64,000 nucleotides of DNA from Chromatiales bacterium. GTDB lineage: Bacteria; Pseudomonadota; Gammaproteobacteria; Chromatiales; Chromatiaceae. Positions within the stretch are counted from its first letter, which is position 1. Every line of letters begins with the position of its first letter. Below the pieces are notes generated by a model. That model worked only from the letters and a program-made list of their open reading frames with translations. It was not told where the DNA came from and did no database searches. The stretch covers positions 1,518 to 65,517 of the forward strand of contig JAKRWE010000002.1 of assembly GCA_024712425.1 (NCBI GenBank), given 5' to 3'. Shown here one piece after another: positions 15,001-26,359 of the stretch. A program made the position numbers and the translations under genes.

Positions 15001-15885
15001 TTAACCGGAATCGTCTATCCCGTCCACGTAGGCGTCGCGCGCCGCCTTGGCGCGCTCGAAAATCGCCAACAGGTGCTCGGCATCGGCCGCCTCGATGGAA
15101 CTTGCCAGATCTTTCATCTCATCGGCAAAGCCATGCATCATGCGCGATAGCGCCTCCCGGTTGGCAATACAGATATCGCGCCACATCACCGGGTTGCTGG
15201 AGGCGATACGGGTGAAGTCCCGGAAACCGCCAGCGGCGAAACGAAAAATGTCATCGTGCTCGTCCATCCGTGCCAGGGCATCCACCAAGCCGAATGCCAG
15301 CATGTGCGGCAGATGGCTGGTAGCGGCCAACACCTGATCGTGACGCTGCACGCCCATCATCACCACTTCGGCGCCACAGGCCTGCCACATGGCGGCAACC
15401 CGCTCGCTCGCCTCCTTCTGCGTATCCGCTTCCGGTGTCAGGATCACCCGCCGGTTCCGGTACAGCGCCGCGAAGGAGGCCTCGACCCCGTTGTGCTCGG
15501 TCCCGGCGATCGGATGGCCCGGCACGAAACGCGCCGCATGTTTCCCGCAGGCGGCCCTGAAATCCGCGATCACCGAGGCCTTGGCGCTGCCACCGTCGGT
15601 CACCACGGCATCGTCGCGCAGGTTTCCGCACATCGCCTCGAACACGCCGAGCATGGCGCCCAGCGGGACCGCCACGAACACCATGTCAGCCTCCCGTACC
15701 GCCTCGCCGACATCATGGGTATAGCTGTCTATCACGCCCAACTCGACGGCGCGCTCCAGGTTCTCCCGCCCGCGCCCACAACCGATGACACGCTCGACCT
15801 GCCCCGCCTGACGCAGGGCACGCGCCAGCGAACCACCGATCAGGCCCACCCCGATGACCGCCAGTGTGCCGACCAGGCGGCTCAC
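15001..15885 (-). CDS. tyrA: prephenate/arogenate dehydrogenase
   Basis: Rossmann motif LAVIGVGLIGGS plus the PDH domain. The start is placed at GTG 15885, overlapping the hisC stop (GTGA). The track ORF extends to 15912. Confidence 0.85.
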   Translation of the reverse strand: MSRLVGTLAVIGVGLIGGSLARALRQAGQVERVIGCGRGRENLERAVELGVIDSYTHDVGEAVREADMVFVAVPLGAMLGVFEAMCGNLRDDAVVTDGGSAKASVIADFRAACGKHAARFVPGHPIAGTEHNGVEASFAALYRNRRVILTPEADTQKEASERVAAMWQACGAEVVMMGVQRHDQVLAATSHLPHMLAFGLVDALARMDEHDDIFRFAAGGFRDFTRIASSNPVMWRDICIANREALSRMMHGFADEMKDLASSIEAADAEHLLAIFERAKAARDAYVDGIDDSG

Positions 15886-16988
15886 AGCACCTGCTCCAGC
15901 GCATCCAGGCAACGGGCGTTTTCTTCCGCGGTACCGACGCTGACCCGCAAGTGACCCTTGAGGCCGTAGTTCTCGACCGGGCGGGTGATGACACCACGAT
16001 TCAACAGCGCCAGGTCGACCTCGGCGGCCGGCCGCCCGACATCCACACTGATGAAATTACCGACCGAAGGTATAAAGGGCAGTCCGAGGCGCTGGAAACC
16101 TTCACCCAGCTGTTTCAGTCCGGCATTGTTGAGTTCCACCGAACGCTGCACGTAATCCGGGTCCTGCAGCGCAGCGATCGCCGCCACCTGGGCAAGGCTG
16201 TTGCTGTTGAAGGGTTGACGCACCCGGTTCAACAGATCGGCCACGTCCGGGTGCGACAGGCCGTAACCGATGCGCAGCGAGGCCAGCCCATAGGCCTTGG
16301 AGAAGGTACGGGTCACCACCAGGTTGGGGAATTCCAACAGCCAGCAGCTGGTATCCGGGTAATCCGCATGCACCGGCCGGACATATTCGAAATACGCCTC
16401 GTCGACCACGACGATGACCTCCTCCGGCAAGGAGGCGATGAAATCGCGCAGCGCCGCTTCCGTCAGCCAGGTGCCGGTAGGATTGTTCGGGTTGGCAATC
16501 CAGACCACGCCGGTCGCCTGGTTGACCATCGCGGCCATGGCCTGGAGATCGTGCCCGAAGTTCCTCGCCGGGGCCTGGCGCAGCGTCGCGCCGACCGCCA
16601 TGCTGCTGAGCGGATAGACCGCGAATGCATGTTCGGAGAACAGGCTCTCGCGCCCCGGGTACAGAAACACCCGCGCGATCATGTCCAGTACGTCGTTGGA
16701 GCCGTTGCCGATGGTGATGCACGCCGGTGCGACCTCATGGCGGCGCGCCAGTTCCGCACGCAGCGCATAGGCCCCGCCATCGGGATAGCGGGTCAGCTCC
16801 GGCAGTTCCCCACGAATCGCCTCCAGTACACGGGGACTCGGCCCCAGCGGGCTCTCATTGGACGCCAGCTTGATGGAATCACTGATCCCGAGCTCCCGTT
16901 CCAGTTCCGACACGGGCTTGCCCGGCACATAGGGCTGCAGATGGGCAATGCCCGGTGCCGCACGATCGATAAAACGGTTTTCACTCAT
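15882..16988 (-). CDS. hisC: histidinol-phosphate aminotransferase
   Basis: 368-aa class-II aminotransferase (KLASNESPLGPSP, TRTFSKAYGLASLRIGY). Confidence 0.9.
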   Translation of the reverse strand: MSENRFIDRAAPGIAHLQPYVPGKPVSELERELGISDSIKLASNESPLGPSPRVLEAIRGELPELTRYPDGGAYALRAELARRHEVAPACITIGNGSNDVLDMIARVFLYPGRESLFSEHAFAVYPLSSMAVGATLRQAPARNFGHDLQAMAAMVNQATGVVWIANPNNPTGTWLTEAALRDFIASLPEEVIVVVDEAYFEYVRPVHADYPDTSCWLLEFPNLVVTRTFSKAYGLASLRIGYGLSHPDVADLLNRVRQPFNSNSLAQVAAIAALQDPDYVQRSVELNNAGLKQLGEGFQRLGLPFIPSVGNFISVDVGRPAAEVDLALLNRGVITRPVENYGLKGHLRVSVGTAEENARCLDALEQVL

Positions 16989-16997
16989 GCAACACCC

Positions 16998-18083
16998 CTA
17001 CAGCGCGGACTGCGGATAGGAGCCCAGCTCCTTGTACATGCCGGCCATGTCGCGCAGTTCCCCCAGTGCCTTGGCCACCTCCGGGTCGTCCCGATGGCCA
17101 AGCAGGTCGATGAAGAACACATAGTCCCAGTTGCCACGGCGCGAGGGACGCGACTCGATGCGCGTCATGCTGATGCCATGGCCCGCCAGGGGCTGCAGCA
17201 GGTGATAAAGACCGCCGGATTCATTGCGGGTGGAGACCAGCAGGCTGGTCTTGTCACTGCCGGACGGCTGGGTCCCACGCCGGCCGATCACCAGGAAACG
17301 CGTGGTGTTGTCGGCCTCGTCCTCGATATTGGACTCCAGTGTCTCCAGGCCGTACAACTCGGCGGCCATGTCACCGGCAATGGCCGCGGTGTGTTCGGTT
17401 TCGGCGGCCAGCCTGGCGGCCTCTGCATTGCTGCCAACCGCCACCCGCTCGACAAAGGGCAGATGGCGGTCCAGCCAGCCACGACACTGCGCCAGCGACT
17501 GCTGGTGGGAAAACACAGTGCGGATACCCTCCAGCGCCTGCGGTCTGCCCAGCAGGTTGTGATGAATGCGCAGGGAGACCTCGCCGCAGATCTTCAGCGG
17601 CGAGGAAAGAAACATGTCCAGGGTGTGATTGATCACACCCTCCGAGGAATTCTCCACCGGGACCACCCCGTAATCGGCCACCTCGGTTTCCACCTCCTGG
17701 AACACATCCGGGATGCTGGTCATGGACACCGCACTCACCGAATGACCGAAATGTTTCAGTGCAACGGCCTGGGTGAAAGTCCCCTCCGGCCCGAGATAGG
17801 CGACCTTGAGCGGCCGCTCCAATGCCAGGCAGGCCGACATGATCTCACGGAACAGACGCGCGACCTCCTCGTCACCCAGGGGCCCCCTGTTACGCTCCTT
17901 GACCCGCCGCAGCACCTCGGCCTCACGTTCCGGGCGATAGAAGACTGCATTCGGGTCGGCCGCCAGCTTTATCCGCGCGACCTCCATCGCCGCCTCGGCG
18001 CGCTGATTGAGCAGATCCTGGATCTGCTCGTCCAGCGCGTCGATACGTTTGCGAATCTCGCCAAGCTGTTCTTCTTCACTCAT
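16998..18083 (-). CDS. pheA: bifunctional chorismate mutase / prephenate dehydratase (P-protein)
   Basis: An N-terminal CM_2 helix region (LGEIRKRIDALDEQI) is followed by PDT and ACT domains (TRFLVIG, ESRPS). Confidence 0.92.
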   Translation of the reverse strand: MSEEEQLGEIRKRIDALDEQIQDLLNQRAEAAMEVARIKLAADPNAVFYRPEREAEVLRRVKERNRGPLGDEEVARLFREIMSACLALERPLKVAYLGPEGTFTQAVALKHFGHSVSAVSMTSIPDVFQEVETEVADYGVVPVENSSEGVINHTLDMFLSSPLKICGEVSLRIHHNLLGRPQALEGIRTVFSHQQSLAQCRGWLDRHLPFVERVAVGSNAEAARLAAETEHTAAIAGDMAAELYGLETLESNIEDEADNTTRFLVIGRRGTQPSGSDKTSLLVSTRNESGGLYHLLQPLAGHGISMTRIESRPSRRGNWDYVFFIDLLGHRDDPEVAKALGELRDMAGMYKELGSYPQSAL

Positions 18084-18096
18084 TCAGTCATCTCAC

Positions 18097-18226
18097 CACG
18101 AAGAACACAAAGGCCGTGACAGAATTCGCCCCGTTACAGCGCGATAACACAATGTCACGATCGGTGATCAAGGCAAATGTACCCTTTACGATACCTTTGT
18201 GTTCTTCGTGCCCTTTGTGGTTTCAC
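18097..18226. repeat. inverted pair of tandem 9-mer modules (ACCACGAAG AACACAAAG type) filling the pheA-serA gap
   Basis: CACGAAGAACACAAAGG at 18097-18113 is perfectly complementary to CCTTTGTGTTCTTCGTG at 18194-18210. A third 9-mer follows at 18211-18226. Confidence 0.8.
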
Positions 18227-18229
18227 GCA

Positions 18230-19399
18230 TCAACACCCCAGACAACGCACCGAGAGCACGCCTTCGATACTGGCGATGGCCTCCGCCACCGAGGGCTCCG
18301 GCGCGCCGTCCACGTCGATCAGGGTCACTGCAATCTCGTCGCGCGACTTGTTGAGCATATCGGTGATATTGAGCCCCGCGTCCGCCAGCAGGCTGGAGAC
18401 CTGGCCCAGCATGTTCGGCACGTTTGCATTGACCACAGCCAGGCGATAACCCTCGCCCCTGGCCAGCTGTATCTCGGGGAAATTGGCGGAGTTGTGGACG
18501 TTGCCGTTCTCCAGCCAGTCGCGCACCTCGTCCACCACCATCACCGCACAGTTTTCCTCGGCCTCACGGGTGGAGGCGCCGAGGTGCGGCAAGGTGATCA
18601 CACGCAGATGGTCCTTGAGCAGGTTGCTGGGAAAATCGCACACATAGGCATACAGATGCCCGTCGTCCAGCGCCTTTACCGCCGCTTCGTCATCGATGAT
18701 TCCATTCCGCGCGAAATTGAGCAGCACACCCCCCGGCTTCATCAGGGCCAGGCGCTCGGCATTGATCATGTTCGCGGTATGCTCGTTGAGCGGCACGTGG
18801 AAGGTGATGAAATCGGCGCGCGACACCAGGTCGTCGACCGACAGGGCCTGCTGCACGCCGGCATCCAGCTGCCAGGCCGATTTTACGGTAATGGTCGGAT
18901 CGTAACCGACCACGTTCATCCCAAGCGCACGGGCGGCGTTGGCGATACGTACACCGATGGCCCCCAGGCCGACCACCCCGAGGGTACGCCCGGGCAGTTC
19001 GAAACCGACGAAGTTCTTCTTGCCCGCCTCCACGGCCTTGGTGATCTCGGCATCCTCGCCTTCCAGCGCGGTGGCGAAACGCCAGGCCTGGCCGATATTG
19101 CGCGCCGCCATCAGCATACCGGCCAGGACCAGCTCCTTGACCGCGTTGGCGTTGGCGCCCGGCGCATTGAATACCGGCACACCGATCTCGGTCATGCGGT
19201 CGACCGGGATATTGTTGACCCCGGCACCCGCGCGGCCGATGGCCTTGACCGTGTCCGGCAGATCCATGTCGTGCATCTTGGCCGAACGCACCAGGATGGC
19301 GTCGGGATGGGTGATCTCGGAGGCCACTTCGTACTGATCACGCGGCAGACGGTCCAGCCCGGCCACGGAGATGTTATTGAGGGTTTGAATCTTGAACAT
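18230..19399 (-). CDS. serA: D-3-phosphoglycerate dehydrogenase
   Basis: Starts MFKIQTLNNIS and has a 2-hydroxyacid dehydrogenase NAD domain (GVVGLGAIG) plus a C-terminal ACT domain. ATG 19399 is chosen over the track start at 19453. Confidence 0.9.
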   Translation of the reverse strand: MFKIQTLNNISVAGLDRLPRDQYEVASEITHPDAILVRSAKMHDMDLPDTVKAIGRAGAGVNNIPVDRMTEIGVPVFNAPGANANAVKELVLAGMLMAARNIGQAWRFATALEGEDAEITKAVEAGKKNFVGFELPGRTLGVVGLGAIGVRIANAARALGMNVVGYDPTITVKSAWQLDAGVQQALSVDDLVSRADFITFHVPLNEHTANMINAERLALMKPGGVLLNFARNGIIDDEAAVKALDDGHLYAYVCDFPSNLLKDHLRVITLPHLGASTREAEENCAVMVVDEVRDWLENGNVHNSANFPEIQLARGEGYRLAVVNANVPNMLGQVSSLLADAGLNITDMLNKSRDEIAVTLIDVDGAPEPSVAEAIASIEGVLSVRCLGC

Positions 19400-19418
19400 G
19401 TCTTCTGGTTCCTGAATA

Positions 19419-19512
19419 TTAACCGCCAAGGACGCGAAGAGCGCAAAGCACACCCTGCTTAAGAAGTTGGACTCGCACCTGCATGCCCTTGGCGTCCTTT
19501 GCGGTGGATTTC
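19419..19512. repeat. inverted pair of tandem 9-mer modules (ACCGCCAAG GACGCGAAG AGCGCAAAG) filling the serA-serC gap
   Basis: TTAACCGCCAAGGACGCGAAGAGCGCAAAG at 19419-19448 pairs with GCCCTTGGCGTCCTTTGCGGTGG at 19485-19507 (13/14 complementary over the core). Confidence 0.75.
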
Positions 19513-20595
19513 TTACCCGTTCGTGCGCTCGAACTCGGCCATGAACTCGACCAGCGCCTTGACGCCTTCCTCGGGCATGGCGTTGTAGATGCTGGCGCGC
19601 ATGCCGCCGATGGAGCGGTGGCCCTTGAGGGTCTTGAGTCCGGCTGCAGCGGCCTCTTCCAGGAACCTCCCGTCCAGCTCGGCATCGGCCAGGGTGAAGG
19701 GCACGTTCATCCAGGAACGATAGGGCTTCTCTACCGGGTTGTTGTAGAAATCACTGGCGTCGATCGCGTCGTACAGCATGGCCGCCTTGCGCTGGTTGAT
19801 CTCCCCCATCTTCGCCAGACCGCCCTGCCCCTTCAGCCAGGCGAAAACCAGGCCGGCCAGGTACCAGCTGTAGGTTGGCGGCGTGTTGTACATGGAGCCG
19901 TTCTCGGCATGGGTGGCGTAGTTCATCATCGCCGGCACCTGGTCACCGGCGCCGCCGATCAGGTCGTCACGCACGATCACGATGGTCAGGCCGGCCGGGC
20001 CGACGTTCTTCTGCGCGCCGGCGTAGATGATGCCAAAGCGGCTGACATCGATAGGCCGCGACAGGATGGTCGAGGACATGTCCGCCACCAGCGGCACCGC
20101 GCCAGTATCCGGAACATAGTTGAACTCGATGCCCTGGATGGTCTCGTTGGGCGTGTAGTGCACATAATCCGCATCCGGGCTGAAGCTCACACTGCCCTCT
20201 TCCGGCAGGGTGGTGAACTTGCTGTCGCTGGTATCGGCAACCACGTTGACCTTGCCGTAGCGCTTCGCCTCGGCAATCGCCTTCTTGGACCAGGCACCGG
20301 TGAGGAAGTATTCCGCCTCGTCGCCTTCGGCCATCAAGTTCATCGGCACCATGGCGAACTGGCTGGAGGCGCCGCCCTGCAGGAACAGCACCTTGTAGTT
20401 GTCGGGGATCGCCATCAGCTCGCGCAGATCGGCCTCCGCCTGCTCGGCGATCGACATGAACTCCTTGCCACGATGGCTCATCTCCATCACCGACATGCCG
20501 GCGCCATGCCAGTCCAGCATCTCCTCCTGCGCCTGCTTCAATACTGCCTCCGGAAGCGCCGCCGGACCGGCGCTGAAATTGAATACTCGTGCCAT
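19513..20595 (-). CDS. serC: phosphoserine aminotransferase
   Basis: 360 aa, [19 protein letters not shown]..., matching the SerC family. It follows gyrA as in many gammaproteobacteria. Confidence 0.93.
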   Translation of the reverse strand: MARVFNFSAGPAALPEAVLKQAQEEMLDWHGAGMSVMEMSHRGKEFMSIAEQAEADLRELMAIPDNYKVLFLQGGASSQFAMVPMNLMAEGDEAEYFLTGAWSKKAIAEAKRYGKVNVVADTSDSKFTTLPEEGSVSFSPDADYVHYTPNETIQGIEFNYVPDTGAVPLVADMSSTILSRPIDVSRFGIIYAGAQKNVGPAGLTIVIVRDDLIGGAGDQVPAMMNYATHAENGSMYNTPPTYSWYLAGLVFAWLKGQGGLAKMGEINQRKAAMLYDAIDASDFYNNPVEKPYRSWMNVPFTLADAELDGRFLEEAAAAGLKTLKGHRSIGGMRASIYNAMPEEGVKALVEFMAEFERTNG

Positions 20596-20618
20596 TCTCT
20601 TATTCCATCATCAATAAA

Positions 20619-20762
20619 TTAACCGCCAAGGACGCCAAGGCATAAAAAACACTCTATTGCCCCGCCAATCCGGAGAAAACCGATAGGAAGGCTACGCTTT
20701 GCCATCCTATGTTTCCCCGATGCAATACCCCTTCGCGCCCTTTGCGTCCTTGGCGGTAAATT
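20619..20762. repeat. inverted pair of tandem 9-mer modules filling the serC-gyrA gap
   Basis: ACCGCCAAGGACGC at 20622-20635 is perfectly complementary to GCGTCCTTGGCGGT at 20744-20757. The arms are made of NNCGCNAAG 9-mers. Confidence 0.8.
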
Positions 20763-23323
20763 CAGCCATCCCCGGCCTCACCATCATCCGCAGAATCATC
20801 CTCCAGCGCCTCGATACGGGCGATGCCGATCAGCTTTTCGCCCTTGCTCAGGGTGATCAGCTTGACCCCCTGGGTGTCGCGGCTCATACGCGAGACATCC
20901 GCCACCGGGGTGCGCACCAGGGTGCCGCCGTCGGTGATGAGCATGATCTCGTCGCCATCGAATACCCGCACCGCGCCCACCTGCTCGCCATTGCGATCGC
21001 TGGTCTTGATCGAGATCACGCCCATGCCGGCACGTCCCTTGACCGGGAACTGCTCGATCGGGGTCCGCTTGCCAAAGCCGTTCTCGGTGGCGGTAAGTAC
21101 ATCGCCTTCGCTCCCGGCGATCAGCGATATCACGCGCTGCCCTTCACCGAGCCGGATGCCGCGCACGCCACAGGCGGTACGCCCCATGGAGCGCACCGTG
21201 GACTCGTCGAAGCGCAGCGCCTTGCCGGCCGAGCTGAACAGCATCACTGTCTGCTGCCCGTCGGTCAGCTCGACTCCGATGAGCTGGTCGTCTTCGCGCA
21301 GGTCCACGGCGATGATGCCGCTGGAGCGGGGGCGCGAGAAGTCCACCAGCGGGGTCTTCTTGACCGTGCCCGAGGCGGTCGCCATGAAGATGTACCTGCC
21401 CTGTTCGTACTCGCGGATCGGCAGCACCGCATTGATGCGTTCGCCCTCCTCGAGTGGCAGCAGGTTGTTCATCGGCCGCCCGCGCGCGTTGCGCCCGGCC
21501 TGCGGCAGCTCGTAGACCTTCAGCCAGTAGCACTTGCCGCGGCTGGAGAAACAGAGAATCGTGTCGTGGGTGTTGGCCACGAACAGCTTCTCGACGAAGT
21601 CCTCTTCCTTGGTCGCGGTCGCCGCCTTGCCCTTGCCACCGCGTCGCTGCGCCCGGTACACGTCCAGAGGCTGCGCCTTGGCATAGCCGAGGTGTGACAT
21701 CGTGACCACCACGTCCTCCTCGGTGATCAGGTCTTCCAGGGTCAGGTCTAGGCGGGTATGCGCGATCTCGCTGCGGCGCTCGTCGCCGAACTGATCGCGG
21801 ATCTCGATCAGTTCCTCCCTGATGACCGCCATCAGGCGATCGGGGTTGGAGAGAATCTCCAGCAGTTCGGCGATCCGCTCCAGGATCTCCTCGAACTCCT
21901 TGATGATCTTGTCCTGTTCCAGACCGGTCAGCTTCTGCAGGCGCAGATCGAGGATGGCCTGGGCCTGGGTCTCGGTCAGACGATAGCCCGCGTCAGTCAG
22001 ACCGAAGCCCGGCGGCAGGTCTTCGGGGCGCGAGGCGTCCGCCCCGGCGCGCGCCAGCATGGCCTCGACCGTACCCGACTGCCAGGCGCGCTCGACCAAC
22101 TTCTTCTTGGCCTCGGCCGGGCTGGGGGCGGCCTTGATCAGGGCGATGACCTCGTCGATATTGGCCAGCGCAACCGCCAGGCCCTCCAGGATATGGGCCC
22201 GGTCGCGGGCCTTGCGCAGATCGAACAGGGTGCGCCGGGTGACTACATCGCGGCGATGGCGAATGAAATACTCCAGCAGCTGCTTCAGGTTCAGGGTGCG
22301 TGGCTGGCCGTCCACCAGGGCCACCACGTTGATCCCGAACACGCTCTGCATCTGGGTCTGCTTGAACAGGTTGTTCAGCACCACCTCGCCGACCTCGCCA
22401 CGGCGCAGCTCGATGACCATGCGCATGCCGTCCTTGTCGGACTCGTCGCGCAGTTCGGAAATGCCCTCGATCTTCTTTTCCTTGACCAGCTCCGCGATCT
22501 TCTCCAGCAGGCGCGCCTTGTTGACCTGGTAGGGCAATTCAGTGACCACGATACGCTGGCGGCCGCTGTCCATCTCCTCGAACTCGGTGCGCGCGCGGAT
22601 GTAGACCTTGCCGCGACCGGTGCGATAGGCATCCCGCACCCCGGCCACGCCGTTGATGATGCCCGCGGTCGGAAAATCCGGCGCCGGAATGATCTCCATC
22701 AGGGCATTCAGATCGATGTCCGGAACCTCGATCAGGGCCACGCAGCCGTTGATCACCTCGGTGAGGTTGTGCGGCGGGATATTGGTCGCCATGCCGACCG
22801 CGATACCCGAGGAGCCGTTGACCAGCAGGTTGGGGGAACGCGCCGGCAAGACCGTTGGTTCACTCTCGGATTCATCGTAGTTGGGGATGAAATCGACGGT
22901 TTCCTTGTCGATATCGGCCAGCAGCTCGTGCGCGATGCGCGCCATGCGCACCTCGGTATAACGCATCGCTGCCGGGGCGTCACCATCCACCGATCCGAAG
23001 TTTCCCTGCCCGTCCACCAGCATGTAACGCAGCGAGAACGGCTGGGCCATGCGCACGATGGTGTCGTAGACTGCGGTGTCCCCGTGCGGATGGTATTTAC
23101 CGATGACATCGCCCACCACACGGGCCGATTTCTTGTACGGCTTGTTCCAGTCGTTGTTGAGCTCGCCCATGGCGTACAACACGCGCCGATGCACCGGCTT
23201 GAGGCCGTCGCGCACATCCGGCAGGGCGCGCCCCACGATGACAGACATGGCATAGTCCAGATAGGACTGCTGCATCTCGTCCTCGAGACTGATCGGCAGG
23301 ATTTCCTTGGCAAAATCGGTCAT
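20762..23323 (-). CDS. gyrA: DNA gyrase subunit A
   Basis: 853 aa with an N-terminus containing the QRDR region ([23 protein letters not shown]...[11 protein letters not shown]), C-terminal beta-pinwheel repeats and an acidic tail. Confidence 0.97.
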   Translation of the reverse strand: MTDFAKEILPISLEDEMQQSYLDYAMSVIVGRALPDVRDGLKPVHRRVLYAMGELNNDWNKPYKKSARVVGDVIGKYHPHGDTAVYDTIVRMAQPFSLRYMLVDGQGNFGSVDGDAPAAMRYTEVRMARIAHELLADIDKETVDFIPNYDESESEPTVLPARSPNLLVNGSSGIAVGMATNIPPHNLTEVINGCVALIEVPDIDLNALMEIIPAPDFPTAGIINGVAGVRDAYRTGRGKVYIRARTEFEEMDSGRQRIVVTELPYQVNKARLLEKIAELVKEKKIEGISELRDESDKDGMRMVIELRRGEVGEVVLNNLFKQTQMQSVFGINVVALVDGQPRTLNLKQLLEYFIRHRRDVVTRRTLFDLRKARDRAHILEGLAVALANIDEVIALIKAAPSPAEAKKKLVERAWQSGTVEAMLARAGADASRPEDLPPGFGLTDAGYRLTETQAQAILDLRLQKLTGLEQDKIIKEFEEILERIAELLEILSNPDRLMAVIREELIEIRDQFGDERRSEIAHTRLDLTLEDLITEEDVVVTMSHLGYAKAQPLDVYRAQRRGGKGKAATATKEEDFVEKLFVANTHDTILCFSSRGKCYWLKVYELPQAGRNARGRPMNNLLPLEEGERINAVLPIREYEQGRYIFMATASGTVKKTPLVDFSRPRSSGIIAVDLREDDQLIGVELTDGQQTVMLFSSAGKALRFDESTVRSMGRTACGVRGIRLGEGQRVISLIAGSEGDVLTATENGFGKRTPIEQFPVKGRAGMGVISIKTSDRNGEQVGAVRVFDGDEIMLITDGGTLVRTPVADVSRMSRDTQGVKLITLSKGEKLIGIARIEALEDDSADDGEAGDG

Positions 23324-23533
23324 GAAACTTTCCTGAAAACGCCCCCGCCGGCCGGTGCGCGCCGGCCCATCTCGTCGTTGTTATCCCGGGGGTATATGGA
23401 GCGTTGGATTCTACCATATACAAGCCCCGGCGGTCAGGAAAAAACCGCTTATAACGGCTTACAGGGCGTCTGGCTGGGCATTGAGGGTGCCGCCACTGGC
23501 GTTAAGGCCGCCCGCCACGTCAGAAAGACCGCA

Positions 23534-26358
23534 TCAGATCCAGTAGAGGTTTTGTTCCGCAAGATCACCTATCTCGCCGGCGGGCAGCGGCCTGGCGTAC
23601 AGATAGCCCTGCGCCTGGCGACACCCGGCCTGGAGCAGAAAATCCGCCTGTTGCTGGGTCTCCACTCCCTCCGTGACCACGGTCAGCCCCAGGCTGCGTC
23701 CCATGGCGATAACCGCATCCACGATCGCCTTGTCATTGGGGTCGCTGGCGATGTCCCGTACAAAGGATCGATCGATTTTCAGCTTGTGCGCTGGCAGCTG
23801 CTTGAGATAGGCCAGCGAGGAATGTCCCGTGCCGAAATCGTCTATGGCGAGGCTGACGCCCAGGTCGCGCAGCGCCTGCAACTGGGAGACCGTCGACTCC
23901 GTGTGGCGCATGATGAAGCCCTCGGTGATCTCGAGTTCCAGGCGTTCGGCCGGCAGACCCGTTTCGTCCAGCACCTCTCGCACCACGGCCGGCAGGTCAC
24001 CGCGCTGGATCTGTGGACCTGCCACGTTGACCGAGATATAGCCAAAATTCCGCCCCTCATCCAGCCATTTCCGCCCCTGCCGACAGGCATCGTGCAGCAC
24101 CCAGCGGCCGATGGCATGGATGACACCCGAATTTTCGGCAACCGGGATGAACCGCGCCGGCGATACCAGCCCCAACTCGGGGGAATGCCAGCGTACCAGC
24201 GCCTCCATACCGATCATCCTGCCGCTCGGCAGATCGATCTGGGGCTGGAAATAAAGCTCGAATTCACCGTGCCGCAACGCATTGGCCAGCTGGCTCTCCA
24301 GCTTCACCCGCTCGACGGCGTCACGGGTCAGCTCCTCGGTGTAATAACTGAAGGTATCACGGCCCTCCTCCTTGGCCCGGTACATCGCCGCGTCCGCATG
24401 ACGCAACAGCGTCGAGGTGTCAGTCCCGTCTTCCGGATACAGGCAGACACCGATACTCGGGGTGACGGTTATGTCATGGTCGTCCAGCTGATGCACATCC
24501 TCCAGCCGATGCATCAGCTTTTCCACGAGCATCAGCACATCGCCGGTCTTTTCGATGTCCTCGAGCAGCAGCACGAACTCGTCACCACCGATGCGCGAGA
24601 CGATGTCGATCTCGCGCACCGACTCCTGCAGACGGCCCGCCACCGAGCGCAGCAACTGGTCGCCCACCGCGTGCCCGAGGCTGTCGTTGACGTGCTTGAA
24701 GCGGTCCAGGTCGATGAAGACGACTGCCAGCATGCGATTGTGCCGGCGCGCATTCTTGATCGCCTGCTCCAGGCGCTCCAGGAGCAGCAGGCGGTTGGGC
24801 AGTCCGGTCAGCGGGTCATGGTGCGCCAGGTGGTCCAGCTTCTCCTGTGCCTCCTTGATCTGGCTGATATCGGAGAACACCGAGATATAGTGGGTGAGGA
24901 TGCCCTCCTCATTTTTCACCGCGCTGATATGCTGCCATTCAGGAAAGACCTCGCCGTTCTTGCGGCGATTCCATATCTCGCCACGCCACTGGCCGGTCTG
25001 TTCCAGCGCAAGCCACATGCCCCGATAGAATTGCTGGTCGTGATGCCCGGACGACCACAGGCGTGGATTCCGCCCCAGCACCTCCTCCCTGGTGTAACCC
25101 ATGATCTCGGTAAATGCGGTGTTTGTCTCGATCACATTGGCGTCCGCATCGGTGATGACAACACCCTCGGCGGTATTCTCGAATACGTCGGCAAGCAGAC
25201 GCAGGCGCTCCTCGGTGGCGCGACGCGCGGTAACATCGGAGATGACCGAGATAAATCCAGTCAGCCGGCCATGCTGATCGCGCTGGTGGTCCCAGATGAC
25301 CTCCAGGTCCACCACCCGCCCATCCAGGCGGGCACAATGCGCGAGGTAGGGGGCGGGTTGCGGCTGCACCTCGACCAGGTAGGGCAGGTATTTCCTGAGT
25401 CGCTTGCTCTCTTCCGGCGTGGCCATGTAGTCCCAGATCGACTGCCCGATCAGGTCCCCCTGCTTCCGGCCCAGCATTCGGTGGTGCGCCGCATTACTGA
25501 AAGTGATTACGCCATGGATATCGTTTTCCTGAACACCGTATGGAAGCGTATCCAGCAACAGGGCGAGGCGACGCTCGCTGCGCCGCAGAGCGCTCGCGAT
25601 CTGCCTGCGCTCCTCCACCTCGGCCTGGAGTGACTCCACCGACACCGTGGTCGCCTGCAGGCGATCCGCCAGCCGGTCGAAAGAGCGGACAGGTCCCCCA
25701 CCTCGTCAGGCCGGGAATTTTCGAGCCGGAAATCCGGGTCCTGCGCGAAATGTTGAATCTGCATCCCCAGTCGGTGGATAGGCTGGATGACTCGCAGCGC
25801 GACCAGCAGCCACAACCCGCCCAGGAGCACGGCCGCCACAATAAAACTGATCCACACGAAACGTCGCAGTTCGGCATTGAAGGTAATGAACTGCGTTGCA
25901 TAATCGCTGGAGAGGTGACGCACGTCCGATACCACGCGCTCGATGCTGGTCTTCAACTGCCCGGCGAGGATCCGCTGCCGGCTGGAAACCGCACCGGGCG
26001 CCCCGCCTCCTCCGAAGGATTCAACGGTCAGTGCAAAGAGTTGCTGCAACTTGTCCAGATTACCGTTGATAAGATCCCGCTCACGCGGCGGAAATACGCT
26101 GCTGAGTCGTTTGCTTGCATCCTGCAGGCTCTGGAAGTGCAGGCGCCACTGCTCTGCCGCGCGCTGCCGGTGATTCAGCAGGTAGTCGGATGTCAGCAGT
26201 TCGAGTTGATAGACGCCATTGATGAACTCGTCTGCAGCATAGTGTTCTCGCAGCAGGCGGCTCTGGTTTTGCGTAAACCACACCAGCCCGGCCGCCAGCA
26301 AAGCGGTGATCAGCAGCGATATGCCGGCACCGACGATGATAAGGGTCTTGAGACGCAT
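23534..26358 (-). pseudogene. membrane sensor HAMP-PAS-GGDEF-EAL protein, interrupted by a frameshift in the HAMP domain
   Basis: ORF 25507-26358 gives the TM, extracytoplasmic domain, second TM and start of HAMP (...PDEVGDLSAL) and then runs out of frame. ORF 23534-25645 continues in another frame with FDRLADRLQ, the PAS repeats, GGDEF (RIGGDEF) and EAL (EALVRW, EITE). The break maps to about 25676-25700. Confidence 0.85.
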
Positions 26359-26359
26359 G

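Noticed and set aside
21758-25633. A 1291-aa ORF on the + strand, the longest in the track.
   Set aside because: It runs antisense to gyrA and the GGDEF-EAL gene. It has a low-complexity Arg/Gly/Leu/His-rich composition typical of shadow ORFs in GC-rich DNA, and no recognisable motifs. The opposite-strand genes are unmistakable.
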